Assembly: GCA_002189035.1 (NCBI GenBank)
Contig: CM007990.1
Coordinates: 3,968,001 to 4,032,000 of the forward strand
Direction of reading: 5' to 3'
Length of the DNA: 64,000 nucleotides
Source of the DNA: Utricularia gibba
Lineage: Eukaryota > Plantae > Magnoliophyta
Positions 11,626 to 24,566 of this stretch are shown piece by piece (position 1 is the stretch's first letter; every line of letters starts with the position of its first letter). The translations under genes were made by a program, and so were the position numbers. The notes under the pieces are model-generated. The model was not told the DNA's origin. It saw only the letters and a list, made by a program, of their open reading frames with translations, and did not search any database.

Positions 11626-14600
11626 ATGGCTTGCTCTTCATCTCTAACCGGGGTTTCCTCCGTGTGCCATACCCCTCCGACTGACACTAATCCCAAGCAC
11701 CACCGTCTCCATTTCTCCGTTGCGCTTAATCCCTTTAGACCGTTTCTTTCGGCGCCTCGCACCGGTTTGGTTTCCGGGTCTTCTAACTCCTTCGTTGCCT
11801 CTGCTGTTTACACGCCCAATTCAAAGATTCTCAGCGAGGATGCCTTCAAAAATCTTGGTGGATTTGGGAAGGGGGTTTGGGTTTGGGTTTGGATGAAGCG
11901 GAGTATGAAGAGCTTGAAGGCGTAAAGGGGAAATTTGAGGCTGAAAACCCGGATGAACTCGATCTTACTAAGCTGGATTTGCCTCCACGCCTCGTGGAGA
12001 CGCTCAAGGGGCGTGGTATAACCCATCTTTTTCCCATTCAGGTATGTGCTCAAGTTCCTTGCTTTGTGCATTTCTTGTATTTAGAAAATATCTGCTTCTG
12101 CAGTTCGTTTTCAGTGTTTTTCCGTTTACTCACTCTGCACTTGAGTCGTTTGGTCGAGATTTTATCTTCAAAGAATGAGCTTTGTTTGAATACCTTTTCC
12201 ATTTTATCTTATGTAGAGGGCTGTATTAGTTCCAGCATTGGAAGGCCGTGATATAATCGCTCGTGCAAAGACTGGGACAGGAAAGACTTTAGCATTTGGT
12301 ATGCCAATAATCAAGGGACTTGATGATGCCCAACAAGATCGAAGTTCTTTGCGGTAAACTAAATTGTGCATCCGAGCTCTTTTGTTATACAGAGCATAAC
12401 CATTCCATATTGGTGGTCTGTGTGCAGGCGTGGACGGCTTCCTAAAGTATTGGTCCTTGCACCTACCAGGGAATTGGCTAAGCAAGTGGAGAAGGAATTT
12501 AGAGAGTCTGCCCCCAACCTGAGTACTGTATGTATATATGGAGGTGTTTCATATCTCACACAGGAAAACTCTCTTTCTCGTGGGGTTGATGTTGTGGTTG
12601 GAACTCCTGGAAGAATAATTGATCTTGTAAATAGCAACAGGCTTAAACTGGGAGAAGTTCAATATCTTGTCCTTGATGAAGCCGATCAGATGCTTGCTGT
12701 TGGATTTGAAGAAGATGTGGAGGTTATTTTGGAAAAGCTTCCTTCTAAGAGGCAGAGCATGCTATTCTCGGCAACAATGCCCACCTGGGTCAAAAAATTA
12801 GCCAAAAAGTTTTTGGATAATCCTCTGACCATTGATTTGGTAAATCCCTTTCTGACTGAATGTTACCTAGTGCTTCCTGTGATATTATATTTTGATATTT
12901 CTTTTGTTGGCTTGTTAATACCAAGCTCCTTAATTGCTCTCTGGATGCTTAATTCTATAACTATGATAGGTTGGTGATCAAGAAGAGAAGTTGGCAGAAG
13001 GCATTAAGTTGTTTGCTATTTCAACCACTGCAACATCTAAGAGGACTATCCTTGGGGATCTAGTGTCGGTATGAAATATTCATTCATAAATTTTGCCTCT
13101 TGATTATTTTAGGAACCTGCATTCACTTCTCCTATCTTGAATTCTGAATTCTTCTTCCTAAATGTTATGAAACAAATGTGTTCCTTATTGATGGCTTAGT
13201 TATTCCTTTTCTAGGTCTATGCTAAGGGTGGGAAAGCAATTATTTTTACTCGGACTAAACGGGATGCTGATGAAGTCTCATCAGCACTAACAAATAGCAT
13301 TTCCTCAGAGGCGCTTCACGGTGATATTTCTCAACACCAGAGAGAAAGGACCTTGAATAGCTTTCGGCAGGGAAAATTTACAGCTCTTGTTGCCACTGAT
13401 GTTGCAGCACGTGGGCTTGACATTCCAAATGTTGACCTTGTAAGTTCATAGACAATTTTTGATGTAGTTTTGAGTCTTAATGAACGTTTTTCAACCATTC
13501 ACTAACTAAAAATTTCCCTGTGTACCCTTTTCTAGAGACGCATAAGTCCATCCTCTTTTCGACAGCTTTTTGTCCAACAAAACTGCTCATCTGCTGGTCA
13601 TTTATTCAATTAGATGCTTTTGTTGTATCTTCACTCTTTTTCTGTGACATACGCAATGTTGGTGAAATTTAGGAGTAACTGTCTCTTAATTTTTTTGCTC
13701 TTAAATTTTGGTTCTTTGTATTTAGGTTATCCACTATGAACTTCCAAATGATCCAGAAACATTTGTGCACCGCTCTGGCCGAACAGGGCGAGCAGGGAAG
13801 GAAGGTGCAGCTATACTAATGTTTACCAGTAGTCAAAGGAGAACAGTCAAATCCCTTGAGCGTGATGTTGGGTGCAGATTCGAGTATATAACTCCGCCTT
13901 CTGTTCATGAAGTTTTAGAGTCATCTGCCCAGCAAGTAGTTGCCACACTTAGTGGAGTTCACCCTGAATCTATTGACTTTTTTACTCCAACCGCACAAAA
14001 ACTTATTGAAGAGAGAGGGGTTGATGCGCTTGCTGCTGCTTTAGCAACATTGAGTGGTTTCTCACGTCCACCATCTTCCCGTTCTCTTCTTACTCATGAA
14101 CAGGTAGATAAAAGCCTCTTGTTTAAGTTATCTTAAAGTATCGTAGTGTTCATAGATAAGAGATGCATTACATTTCTTCCTTCTTTAAGATGATGATTCT
14201 TCATGTTGGATTCTGAATTTTTCTGTTTTTTCCCCACACTGCAGGGAGTAGTTACTTTGCAACTGATTCGTGAGTCTGGTTATTCAAGAGGATTTCTTTC
14301 TGCCAGATCAGTCACTGGCTTCCTGTCTGATGTTCTGCCTGCTGCTGCTGATGAAATTGGAAAAATACAACTTCTTGCCGATGAAAAGGTTGATTAACGA
14401 GAGACCTTATTATGATGAACTGATGTTGTTTCACAGTTTTTACAAGATGGCTCTCTGTTTTCAGGTTCAAGGTGCAGTTTTTGATCTCCCAGAGGAGATA
14501 GCAGTGGAGTTGTTAAGCAAGGACCTTCCCGCTGGGAACACTATTACGAAGCTGATAAAGGCAACGATAGATCGCTTTTGTGTCCTTTCTTTCCAAATGC

Positions 14601-15130
14601 ACCATCAATTTGTAGTGTTCCATTCCTTCCACAATCTCACCTCTCACATATAACCCATTTGCAGTTACCCGCACTGCAAGATGATGCACCTGCAAGTGAT
14701 TTCTATGGAAGATTCTCCAACAGCGAAAGGCGTTCACCACGAGGGTCAAACAGCAGGAGAGGCTCCTCCCGGTCCTCCTCGCGTGGCTGGTTGGATGACA
14801 GTGACGATGATAACGAAGGCATCTTTCGTAGAGGCGCTAGCCGTGGCAGGGGAGGCGAAAGCAGATGGTCCGGTGGGGGAGACGGTAACTCGAGAAACCG
14901 TGGGTTTTCAAGCAGATCCACATCTTATGGAGGCCGGGACAGGTAATGGATAATACCTTACCTACCATATCCCACATTCCCTCCTACCATCTTTGAAACT
15001 CACTTGAATTCATGCTTTGCACCACCGAAGCGGCTCGAGCAGAGGAGGCTTCGGAGGCGCATGTTTCAAGTGCGGTCGGAGTGGTCACCGGGCATCCGAA
15101 TGCCCTGAAAGGAGTGACTTCTCGTTCTGA
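11626..15130 (+). CDS. RH3: Chloroplast DEAD-box RNA helicase RH3 (GUCT domain, C-terminal CCHC zinc knuckle); apparent 1-nt frameshift in exon 1
   Basis: Exons 11626-12041, 12217-12353, 12428-12839, 12970-13068, 13215-13439, 13726-14103, 14245-14388, 14465-14560, 14665-14942 and 15043 (or 15031)-15130. The protein has a transit-peptide-like N-terminus, Q-motif [40 protein letters not shown], an RG/SR-rich tail and [14 protein letters not shown]. The frame changes at the G5 run 11871-11875. Confidence 0.92.
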
Positions 15131-17112
15131 TGGCTGTTTGGTCTCTAGGAGGAGAAGCTTCTTATGAAACAGAACCTGGCTGCTGCCTCTAAAGATCTCA
15201 TGTCTAGGAAAGAAACGGAGAAGGAAATGATCCACTGCAGCAAGTCATGATTTTGCTTAAGATCTTCAGCAGCCTACTGTCGTCTGTTTACTCCTTTTTG
15301 CCACAGAATCATGTAGAAATGTTAGTTCAACTCTTTTGATTTTTTTAGGCGGTTTTTGTTCATTTTCTTGTGGATTGTAAATGGTGGACACCACGTTAAA
15401 GTTGCAGGTCCCCATGTCAGTGTTTTCGGTGGTTTCCACAAGGTAGTTACTCGTTCAGAAACGTACAAATGCTGCATGAAGAAATACATGAAGATATTGT
15501 GGGGCGGGTGAATGTTAAGGAGATTTTATGACCTAAAATCCCAGATTTTATTCATGAAAAAAGGGGGTTAAGCTCATTATTCAATAATTTATATACAAAA
15601 TTGAAATTTAGAATATGAAATTTAAATAACTATTTTTATTTTTCAACTAATTGTAAAAAGAATTTACTCAAAATCGTGAATAAATTTATTTATTGATTGA
15701 AATGAGTTTTAAAACTATAATATAATAATTGTATGAATCTAAATAAATAACTTATTGACATGACAATGAAAAGAGTTCTAATAAATCAACTACCAAGTGG
15801 CATGCATTTCTCTATCTCCTTCCGGTGGTTCTTGAAATTCAACACTACTCAAGCACGCTTTATGTATTTTAAGACGAAGGACTGCATCAACGTTTTGAAA
15901 TTATCATAATCAATTATATTCTGAATAATTCTGAATAGAATTGATTCTTTTTCCAAATGTACATCAAATTTTATTATGTGAGAATTAATTTTAGAGAACC
16001 AATTCAATTCTATAATAAATATAGATTATTAATTTTTTTCAAAGAAATTATTTTTGAGAAATGATTCTAAAATTGAAATTACGGTTATGTTCTTATAAAT
16101 AATTATAATTAATAATATTATAAAGAATTAATTACCTTAATTTTTAAATTTTAAATTTAATTTTGATATAAATATGTTCAAATTAAATTAATCATGTAAA
16201 TTATAATTTAAAAATTATGTGATATTTTTATAATATAAACAGTATATAAAAATATTTTTAAATTATAAATTTGTAAAATACAATTATTAATAAATATGGA
16301 TAAATATATCATTTAATTATTAAAATCAATTCTCATTTTATAATAATCATTCTAAAAAAAAAATTTTAAACATATATTAATTCTCATTCTATCATAAATT
16401 TCAATTCTTTTAAAATCAATTCTAAAATGATTTTTATACATATAACCTACGTTTTTTTGAAATGACTCAGCATGCTACTCCAAGATAATTATGACGTTTT
16501 TTTTTTCACAAATTTACACCTCGTCTCTTTGATTTTCTAGATATTCACAAATTTGAGAATGTAATCCAATACCATCATCAGAGTTTTTATTTTGAATGGC
16601 AAGATTATGAGATAAATATTGACTTTTAGTATAATGAGGTAAATCATTTTCTTCCATCTCAAAGTTGCATCATAGGTTGATTGTGTTGAATCTAAATTTA
16701 TATTATCATAAGTTGATGATAGAGAATTTATTGCATCATTATCTTATTTGTGTTTGTAAAATGAAAGTAATATTTTCTCTTTACTCATTGTCTAAAAAAT
16801 CAAAATCAAGATATCAAATTATGAAATATTTAAGTTTCATAACAAAAAAAATTGAAACAAGAAAACAACTAATATATACATATACTTAATTAATTAAAAT
16901 ATATTTTTGTCATTAGAAGGATTATTTAAAATAATTTGTTGTGAGTATAGTAGTTCAATTAAAAGATCTTCACAATTTAAATTGTATTTAATTATTGAAA
17001 AAGTTTTAAATTAGAGAATGCATCAAGATATTTCATTTGTATAGATGTATAAGTATGATATTTAAAATACAAATAATCAATTTATAATCTTTCAAAAATA
17101 TGTTAAAATTAA

Positions 17113-20100
17113 GAGAAAATTCTTTCTACCACAAGTATTGGAGATAAAATTCCAAAACATTACCAACTTTATATTTTAGTGTTCAATCAAATTTCCATAT
17201 CAGTATTTTGTATTTATTTTTTAAATGTAAATTCACATAAATAGGGTATTGTATTTATTTCTTTTTATATTATATCAGAAGCAATCCGTTCAACGCAATA
17301 GTACACATATGATTGATATGTTCAGATTTTAGCATTAAAATTATGAAAAAAAATTCACGACATTAAATTCATTTGTTTTTTTCGATTCAAAATTCAAAAA
17401 TCAAGAGTATTATGAAATGCATCTCTCATATCATCATTCTTATCCATTTTCTTCCTCTCAGAATTTCAATGACTTCTTTTCCAATTGAGATCCGATTTTA
17501 TTAGGGAGATAACTTGTTTTCTGGAAATAATGGTGTGTGCTGCATGACTTGCCACCGCGATTTTCTGCTTGGGTTGCCCATAATACCTCAATATCCATGC
17601 TATTGTTATTGATTTTTGATGTTATGCAAGTATTTTCAGTTGAGTATTCTATTAGCATTATTGTAAATTATGTTGTTATAAATCTAACAATGGGTTTTTA
17701 GAGGTATTATCATCATCTTTATTAAACAGATGACCGTTTATCTTTGATTTTTAATTAAAGCTGTATATTTCAGGTGCTGACATATATATTAGAGCGATTC
17801 CAAGCTTCAAAAATTTGGACATTCAACAACACACTGGTATGTGAATTGTTTTTTTCCAAATAATTTTATTATTATTAGTTTTAAATTACATTTAGGAGTT
17901 TTTTGTATTCATATGATTAAAATATGTTAATGATGTATTGCATTTTTAATCTCTACATAATGTTGGAGAAACATCAAATAATCATAATAATCCTCGTATT
18001 TCACTAATATATCATAATCCTTCACCACCCGACTCACCTTATGACGAAAATATATTATGAGATTTAGATCATCTTGTGAGAAAGATGCTACTAAATAAGT
18101 TGAATATGAAATGATGCAACAAGTTATTCTATCTTCAATTTCTTCAAGTGATAATGATAATGAACAAACAGAAGTCAGATATTATGAAAACGTTATTGCA
18201 ATAGAAATTTCCATAATGGTTGAGTTTGAGAAGACTTTGAACTTCTTTGATGGGACAAGTAGTGATCTACACAATATGGTTTTTTTAAAAATGAAATTTC
18301 AATGAAGGAAACATTAAATTATTACAATATCATGAAGCTGAAAAAGTCTTTCCATATTGAGAAGAGCAACAACAAGCAATATAAAATAAACTATATCAAC
18401 CGAACTGCAACGCCTCCATATGAATGGCGTGTTAGGGTATGAAACAACAATATCACTCAATTTTGGACTATGACATAATATGGGAGGCCTTATACTTGAT
18501 TTTCTAACTATTCTAGGACTGCAAGAAATTATAGCATTATTAGAAAATTTGTGTTTCTTTACATTATGAACAAGGTAAAAGCGAATGCAGAGATACGCTT
18601 TTCTTATGTCATTGATGATATTGATGAAGTTTATTATTTTAAAATATCCTATAAGTTCAAATAGATTGCTGTTAGACATACTATCATGCATATGTATAGT
18701 ACTTGAAAAGAATGACAAAGATTCCTTTCTATTTGTTATCTATTAAGGAAATCAACCCATATAATTCATTTTTATTTACGTGCATTGATATTTGTTTACT
18801 AACATATTTTTTTTTATTATAGATACTATATTTGAATATGAGAATCTTCGTTCTCATGATGGCAAGCCAAATGTTAAGTCATGTATTTTGGGCTTTGAGT
18901 CATGTGTCCATGCTATTCGGTATTGTCGACCGATCATTAATGCTGATGAAATACATCTATGCATAGAATATAGATATTAGCTTCTAATAGTATGCATACT
19001 TGATGGCAATCACACTATAATTCTACTTGCATTTGCTATTGTTGAAGAAGAATTATATGAATTATGCTATTGGTTTTTTAACTTTTTGGTTAAGCATATT
19101 GTGAAAGAATGTCATATTTGTCTAATAATTGATTTTGGTACAGAATTGTTATCTTTAATTAAGGATATACCTACTTTCAATGAGCCCATGAGAGTTTACA
19201 GATTTTGTATGCAACATTTGGTTGCCAATTTCATGTTCAATTTCAGGTCAAAACAGTTGGTTAATTTATTTTGGGAGGTTGTATTGAGTTCAAAAACAAA
19301 AAATTCCAAATAGCTATGCAGAAAATCAAAAGTAGGAATGTAGTTTGAGTATCTTCATGAAATCAATCTAAAGCGATGAATATTATCGTATGATAATGAC
19401 ATAAGGTAATTGAAAATGAAATAATTTTATTAATATTATTACTATGCTAACTTTATAATTTTTATTTTTTCAAATGTGATGTGCATGTTACAAGTATCTA
19501 TGAATCATTAAATAGTGTTTTATGTGGGGTACAAAAACTACCCATAAAAGCTATTGTTGAGATCAATTTCGAGTGATATGTTAAGATTTTCATCAATAAT
19601 AAAACGAAAATAGATTCACTCATGGAAATAGACCAATTATTTATTTCATATTTACTCTTTATTTACAAGAGATAAGATGACAAATCAATCAACTATGGTC
19701 GAGAAATACAATGCTGAAAAAATGAGTACTATCGTGATGTCTCAGAGCAAAAGTTCTAAAAAAACAAGCATTATTATATTATTTGTTTGACAGATTTGAT
19801 ATGTACTTGTGGAAAATGGCAACAAAAAGTTATTTCATGTTCGCATACTATTCAAATAAAAATTATATCTGATGTATCATGTTACTTATAATATCATAAT
19901 AGTTGTTAACTTTGTTTCTGTTTTGGGTGTACAAAGAATTTAATAAAGATGTAATTTCTTATATTTCAAAATATTATTAGTAAGTGAAGATATTTATGAA
20001 AATATAGAAAAAGGTAATTTAATCCAATAATTCCTGAGAGTGGATGGGATGCGTTTCCATTTGATTGTTTACAATCCAACAAGAAAAGTGACTACCAAAG

Positions 20101-20538
20101 TTCGTGCTAGATTAAAATTATTTTTGAGCAATTTAACTCATATACATTTGAAGAAAATATTAAGAGTTGATTAATTTCAATTTCAGATATTTTTATGGAT
20201 ATATTTTCGAGACTTTAGGATTTTAATTCAAATAATATTACTCATGCAACTATTATATGTTTTATTGCATAAGTTGTGCATTCAATTAATTGGCTATGTT
20301 TTCACTTATTGGTTAATATAAATATTGTAATATAATTGTATTGTAATATATTATATTTAAATTTTTCAATATAAAATTTGATTAAATGCATTTTTTTTGA
20401 AGAATTTTGTATTTATGTGAATTTACATTCAAAAAATAAATACAAAATGATGATGTTAAAATTTAATTTAATACTAAAATATAAAGTTGGTCGTGTTTTG
20501 GAATATCTCCAATACTTGGTAGTAGTAGGAATTTGCCC
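17113..20538 (+). mobile_element. Mutator-like element (MULE) with both TIRs and a decayed transposase
   Basis: ~110-bp TIRs (17113 GAGAAAATTCTTTCTACCACAAGTATTGGAGATA... matches the reverse complement of the sequence ending at 20538). 10-bp TSD TTAAAATTAA / TTAATATTAA (9/10). Confidence 0.88.
18300..19860 (+). pseudogene. MULE (MuDR-type) transposase remnant
   Basis: Broken frames encode CRPIINADEIHL, ILDGNHTIILLAFAIVEEE, YRFCMQHLVANF and a SWIM zinc finger CTCGKWQQKVISCSH, with many stops and frameshifts. Limits are approximate. Confidence 0.85.
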
Positions 20539-21103
20539 TTAATATTAATACTCATTAAAACTTGAAATTGAACTAAACATAAGATAGATCCATGGATCTA
20601 AACCCAATGAGTCTAACTTGGGTTTGATATGGAATTGTCTTGTGTCACTTGTTGGTTTTTTACTCTCCAAAATCTAAATTTTCCTTTCAAATTATTCATA
20701 ACTCACACATTTACGTTAATGTAATTCAAGAAAACTTAACTGTAATAACTATTCTCGTTAAACAAGTATTTGCTCAAATTATAATACTTTAAATGAGTGC
20801 TTATAGCAAAAGTCATTTACTCAAGATTTCCATTTCGCACTTTTTATATAGAATTTGGATTATAGCATTTTTTTTATTATAGTTCTTTTATTAATTTTTA
20901 ATTTATAGTTGTTCTATGTTACTATTTAAATAATAGATGCATTGTGACTTCTTTTAGTACCATTGAATTGAAATAACATTAAAAAAATACTAATATGAAA
21001 TTTTATATTATTATTTTTAATTTTCTTCAAAACTAGTATGATAACGAACACTAAAAGCATTGTGAAATAGAAATTTTTATCAATTATTCAACCATGAAAA
21101 ACA

Positions 21104-21523
21104 TCATATGGTATTCCAATCATACATCTTTTTGCCTCTCTGAAATGGAGCATGCGCTAAATATATCCCATCATCTGCTGCAAGCCAAATCTGGTAATTT
21201 GGATTGCTGTCCAGGTTCTCATTATAAGCATTAAATTTTTGGGTCTTGTTGCCCCACCATATATGACAAAAGAATTTCGTAGTTGGAATGAAATTCAAGC
21301 AGAACTTCCACTTGAAATAATCATTGAATTTTAGAAGCATATGATATCCAAGATCATCATCTTTCGAAAAACAATGTACCTTCATCGGAATGGCGTCGGA
21401 AGAAACATTTCGATCAACGACCACTGTTATTTTTTCCTCGATAAAGCGAGGTAGACATGCTTCAAGGGGGTTGCATTTTATGAGAAGAAGAAATAATAAA
21501 ATGACAAGAGGAGTAGTGCTCAT
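21104..21523 (-). CDS. SPH: S-protein homologue (self-incompatibility S1 family), subfamily A1, secreted, 139 aa
   Basis: Intronless ORF with a signal peptide and the motifs VHCFSKDDDLG, WKFC, FFCHIWWG, W-x4-DDGIYL and YDW. TATA-like element ~45 bp upstream. Confidence 0.92.
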   Translation of the reverse strand: MSTTPLVILLFLLLIKCNPLEACLPRFIEEKITVVVDRNVSSDAIPMKVHCFSKDDDLGYHMLLKFNDYFKWKFCLNFIPTTKFFCHIWWGNKTQKFNAYNENLDSNPNYQIWLAADDGIYLAHAPFQRGKKMYDWNTI

Positions 21524-21796
21524 GCTTGTGTGGTTTCATTCATTCATGCTCTTGGTGCTCTTTTTATAAGGGTTGCTTTAATATCAATTGTTTGTTTTTT
21601 TTAATATACGGCTAATGCTAATAATTCTCTTTCACTTTGTTGACTGAAATGGTAAATGGGCAGTTTTTTTTTGAAGTTGACCAAACTTTACCACATTAAT
21701 TAGAATTTGTCATATTGAATCTCTAGTTTAAAGTCACAAGAATGATAAATGGAACAAACCCAAGCAACAAGAATTAAGGAAAACATGAAGTTTGAG

Positions 21797-22225
21797 TAGG
21801 GAATTGGATGTAATTAGAATCAAATTTGTTTAAGAATCGATAAATTGAAATCGATAATAATAATTCGAGTATAGATAAAAAAAAAATTATACTTCGGATT
21901 TGGGTTTAAATTCTTATAAGCCGTTTATTCGAATAAGAATTGGATATTTTTTATTTTTATATAAATATTTTTTATAATACTAATTATGTAATATATTATA
22001 TATTTATGAACAAATATATATATATTATTTAAAATTGACAATATAAATTTATTATTTATATATCAAAAAATAAAATAAAATTTAGATTTGTGATGATATC
22101 AATATTTGAAATCAGATAAACCGATTAAAAATCGAAATTGATAATTTGCATAAAAACCGATTAATAGAATATTCGATCCAATATCAATAAGAACTGGAAT
22201 TGAACCCAATCTACGAAGATCTCTA
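21797..22225. mobile_element. hAT-type MITE
   Basis: Perfect 8-bp TSD AGTTTGAG at 21789-21796 and 22226-22233. Termini TAGGGA.../...TCTCTA, with internal AACCGA/AATCGA-type subterminal repeats. Confidence 0.8.
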
Positions 22226-22514
22226 AGTTTGAGACTCTAAATATCTATTTTTTTTTCTTATGGCCTATCGAGGGACTAGGTAATTACCAAGCAAATGGCG
22301 TAGTTATGCAAATATAAAACTTGAAGTGGGGATTATGCAACCCTTGTATGAGCATCAATGTCATTCATTTATTTAAAAGAAAAGCTATCGTTATATGACT
22401 ATTCATATGCATGGCTGGAAGCTGGCATGCCGCATGCGGGATAAGACACGAAGATCACATTGCATATATATAAATTTAGTGTGACGGTTTGTATGTCTAG
22501 ATTTGGTATTGAAG

Positions 22515-24566
22515 ATGAGCATCACTGCACTTCTGTCGGTTGATCTGCTGCTGTTCCTCCTCCTGCTACAGGGGATCGTTTTTGGTGATGGGGGCTCTCA
22601 GATCACACATCTCCCTGGCTTTGATGGCCCTCTTCCATTTTATCTGGAACTTGGAAGCAGGGTTGATTGACAATTAGCTGTTCTCTCATGAAGGATCTGT
22701 TCTGTTGGTTTCCTTGTGATAATTCTTGTCGAATGTTCTGAGTAGGTACATAGGTGTTGATGAAGAAGAAAATGTGCAGCTGTTTTACTACTTTGTTAAG
22801 TCATCGGGGCCGGAGCCTGAGAAAGAGTGCCAGGGTGCTCTGTTTTTGCTGCTCTTCTCTATGAAATTGGTTTGACTTCTTCTCTCTTCCATTTTTTTAT
22901 GTTCCATTTGCCGTACTCCGAGACAGGAAGAGTTTTCATCGCAGGGCCTTTGAGTTTTAATATGTCGGCTACAGTCGAAGGGGGCCTGTCCGGGGTGATG
23001 TTGAATCCTTCTTCATGGATCCAGGTTAGTAATTGTTTCTATTATGGAACTGTTCATCTTTTTTTTTTCGGAATATTGAGATTAGGATTTTTATGTTTTT
23101 TTTACAGGAAGCAAACATATTGTTCTTGGATTCCCCGTGGGAACTGCATTTTCCTATGGGAAGACAGAGAAGGCTACCTACACAACACACTTTCATTCAT
23201 GTGAACAAGCTTACCTGTTCCTTCAGAAGGTTTGTTTGTTTGATCCAACATATCCATGTGTTCTTTTATATATCCGTTTTTTGAGTTGTGACTTCTGGTC
23301 CGTCTGCAGTGGCTGGATGATCATTCGGAGTTCGGATTGAGCCCGTTTTACGTCGCCGGAGACTCCTTTAGCGGCACCACAGTACCTGTCATCACCAGGC
23401 TGATAGCTGATGGTGCACACAAATGAAAACAGGCCTATTTCTTCTGGACTCCGCAACTGACTCTTGCTTTCGCTCTTGTGATGCAGGGAATGAACTCGGA
23501 ATCAAAGCACCAGATTAACCTTAAAGTTTGTTATTCTTATTTTTATCTTTAGTTGCCTTCAAATTTTTTCAAGAATTCAACGCTTTGGAAACAGGGGTAC
23601 ATCTTGGGAAATCCAATCACATCTCATGACCATAAAAACTACAGGATATGGAATGGGACTCATCCCTCCTGATCTCTACGAGGTTAAACTGAAATTTCGC
23701 TTCATTTAAGAGTTGACAGAAACGTCAACTATCCTATGTTTGAGTCCTTGGAGCGAAACTGCAAGGGGAATTACTCGATAGATGCCAACAACAAGCCATG
23801 TTCTAAAGATGTTGAAACTTTTCAAGAGGCAAGATATCAAATTCCTGTGAAGATATCAACTTCCCAGTTCCTCTTTTCCCTCTGTCGAATCTTGAGTTTG
23901 ATGTAAACTTTGCCTGTGAAGCACAGCTCGTGGATCCCTTGAATATGCACAATGCCTTCAAGCCAGCATGCCCGTCAGTTTCTGGGAGAAGGCGGGATAT
24001 GATTCAGGTGTACAGAAACGAAGAGCACCCGGAGATTCATTGCCATGCAACATGCACAGCCTTTCTCGTGTTTCCATTCCTCTGTGTTCATTAATCTGTG
24101 TTGATTTCTCAGCCTGACAGTTGCATATTTTGCATTCCATGGGCTAATGATCCCAGTGTCCAAGAATCCCTTCACGTCACTAAGGTAAAACAATACACCT
24201 TTTGCTCTGCTTCAGATGCACAACAACAGGGAAAGATATTGTTTGTTGCTGATGATGCAGGGGAAAATATGGATTAGATGTAATTATAACATAAACTGCA
24301 GTTGTGATTATCCGAACATGACACCTTTTCATAAGAATCTGACCTCCAGAGGCTACCGCTCTCTGATTTACAGACAACAATCAAAGTAATGCTACTGTTT
24401 TGGCAAGCACTCCCAACCTGTCTCTCGTATGTGTTGTCGTGGTCTTGCAGTGGTAACATCATTTGGTATTGACATGTTGCAGGCGGCGGGGCATGTAGCT
24501 CCCCGGTACAAGCCCAAGGAATGCTTTTTCATGTTCAAGAGATGGATTTCGCGCAGCCCCTTGTGA
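22515..24566 (+). pseudogene. Serine carboxypeptidase-like (SCPL clade IA, acyltransferase-type) pseudogene
   Basis: Recognisable exons: signal peptide then ITHLPGFDGPLPFYLELG, YIGVDEEENVQLFYYFVKS, PGCSVFAALLYEIG, ANILFLDSP, FYVAGDSFSG (catalytic Ser), GYILGNP, RGYRSLIY, and a final exon AGHVAPRYKPKECFFMFKRWISRSPL*. There are several internal deletions, frameshifts and damaged splice donors. Confidence 0.88.

Noticed and set aside
15900-16440. Possible eroded MITE with AATTGATTCT/AATCAATTCT subterminal repeats
   Set aside because: No convincing termini or TSD could be located by eye.
18314-18718. 134-aa minus-strand ORF
   Set aside because: Antisense to the decayed MULE transposase; no recognisable motif.
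1449-24566. Metabolic gene cluster (MBOAT plus SCPL acyltransferases)
   Set aside because: The SCPL is dead, no scaffold-forming or tailoring enzymes are present, and the MBOAT is a conserved housekeeping type.
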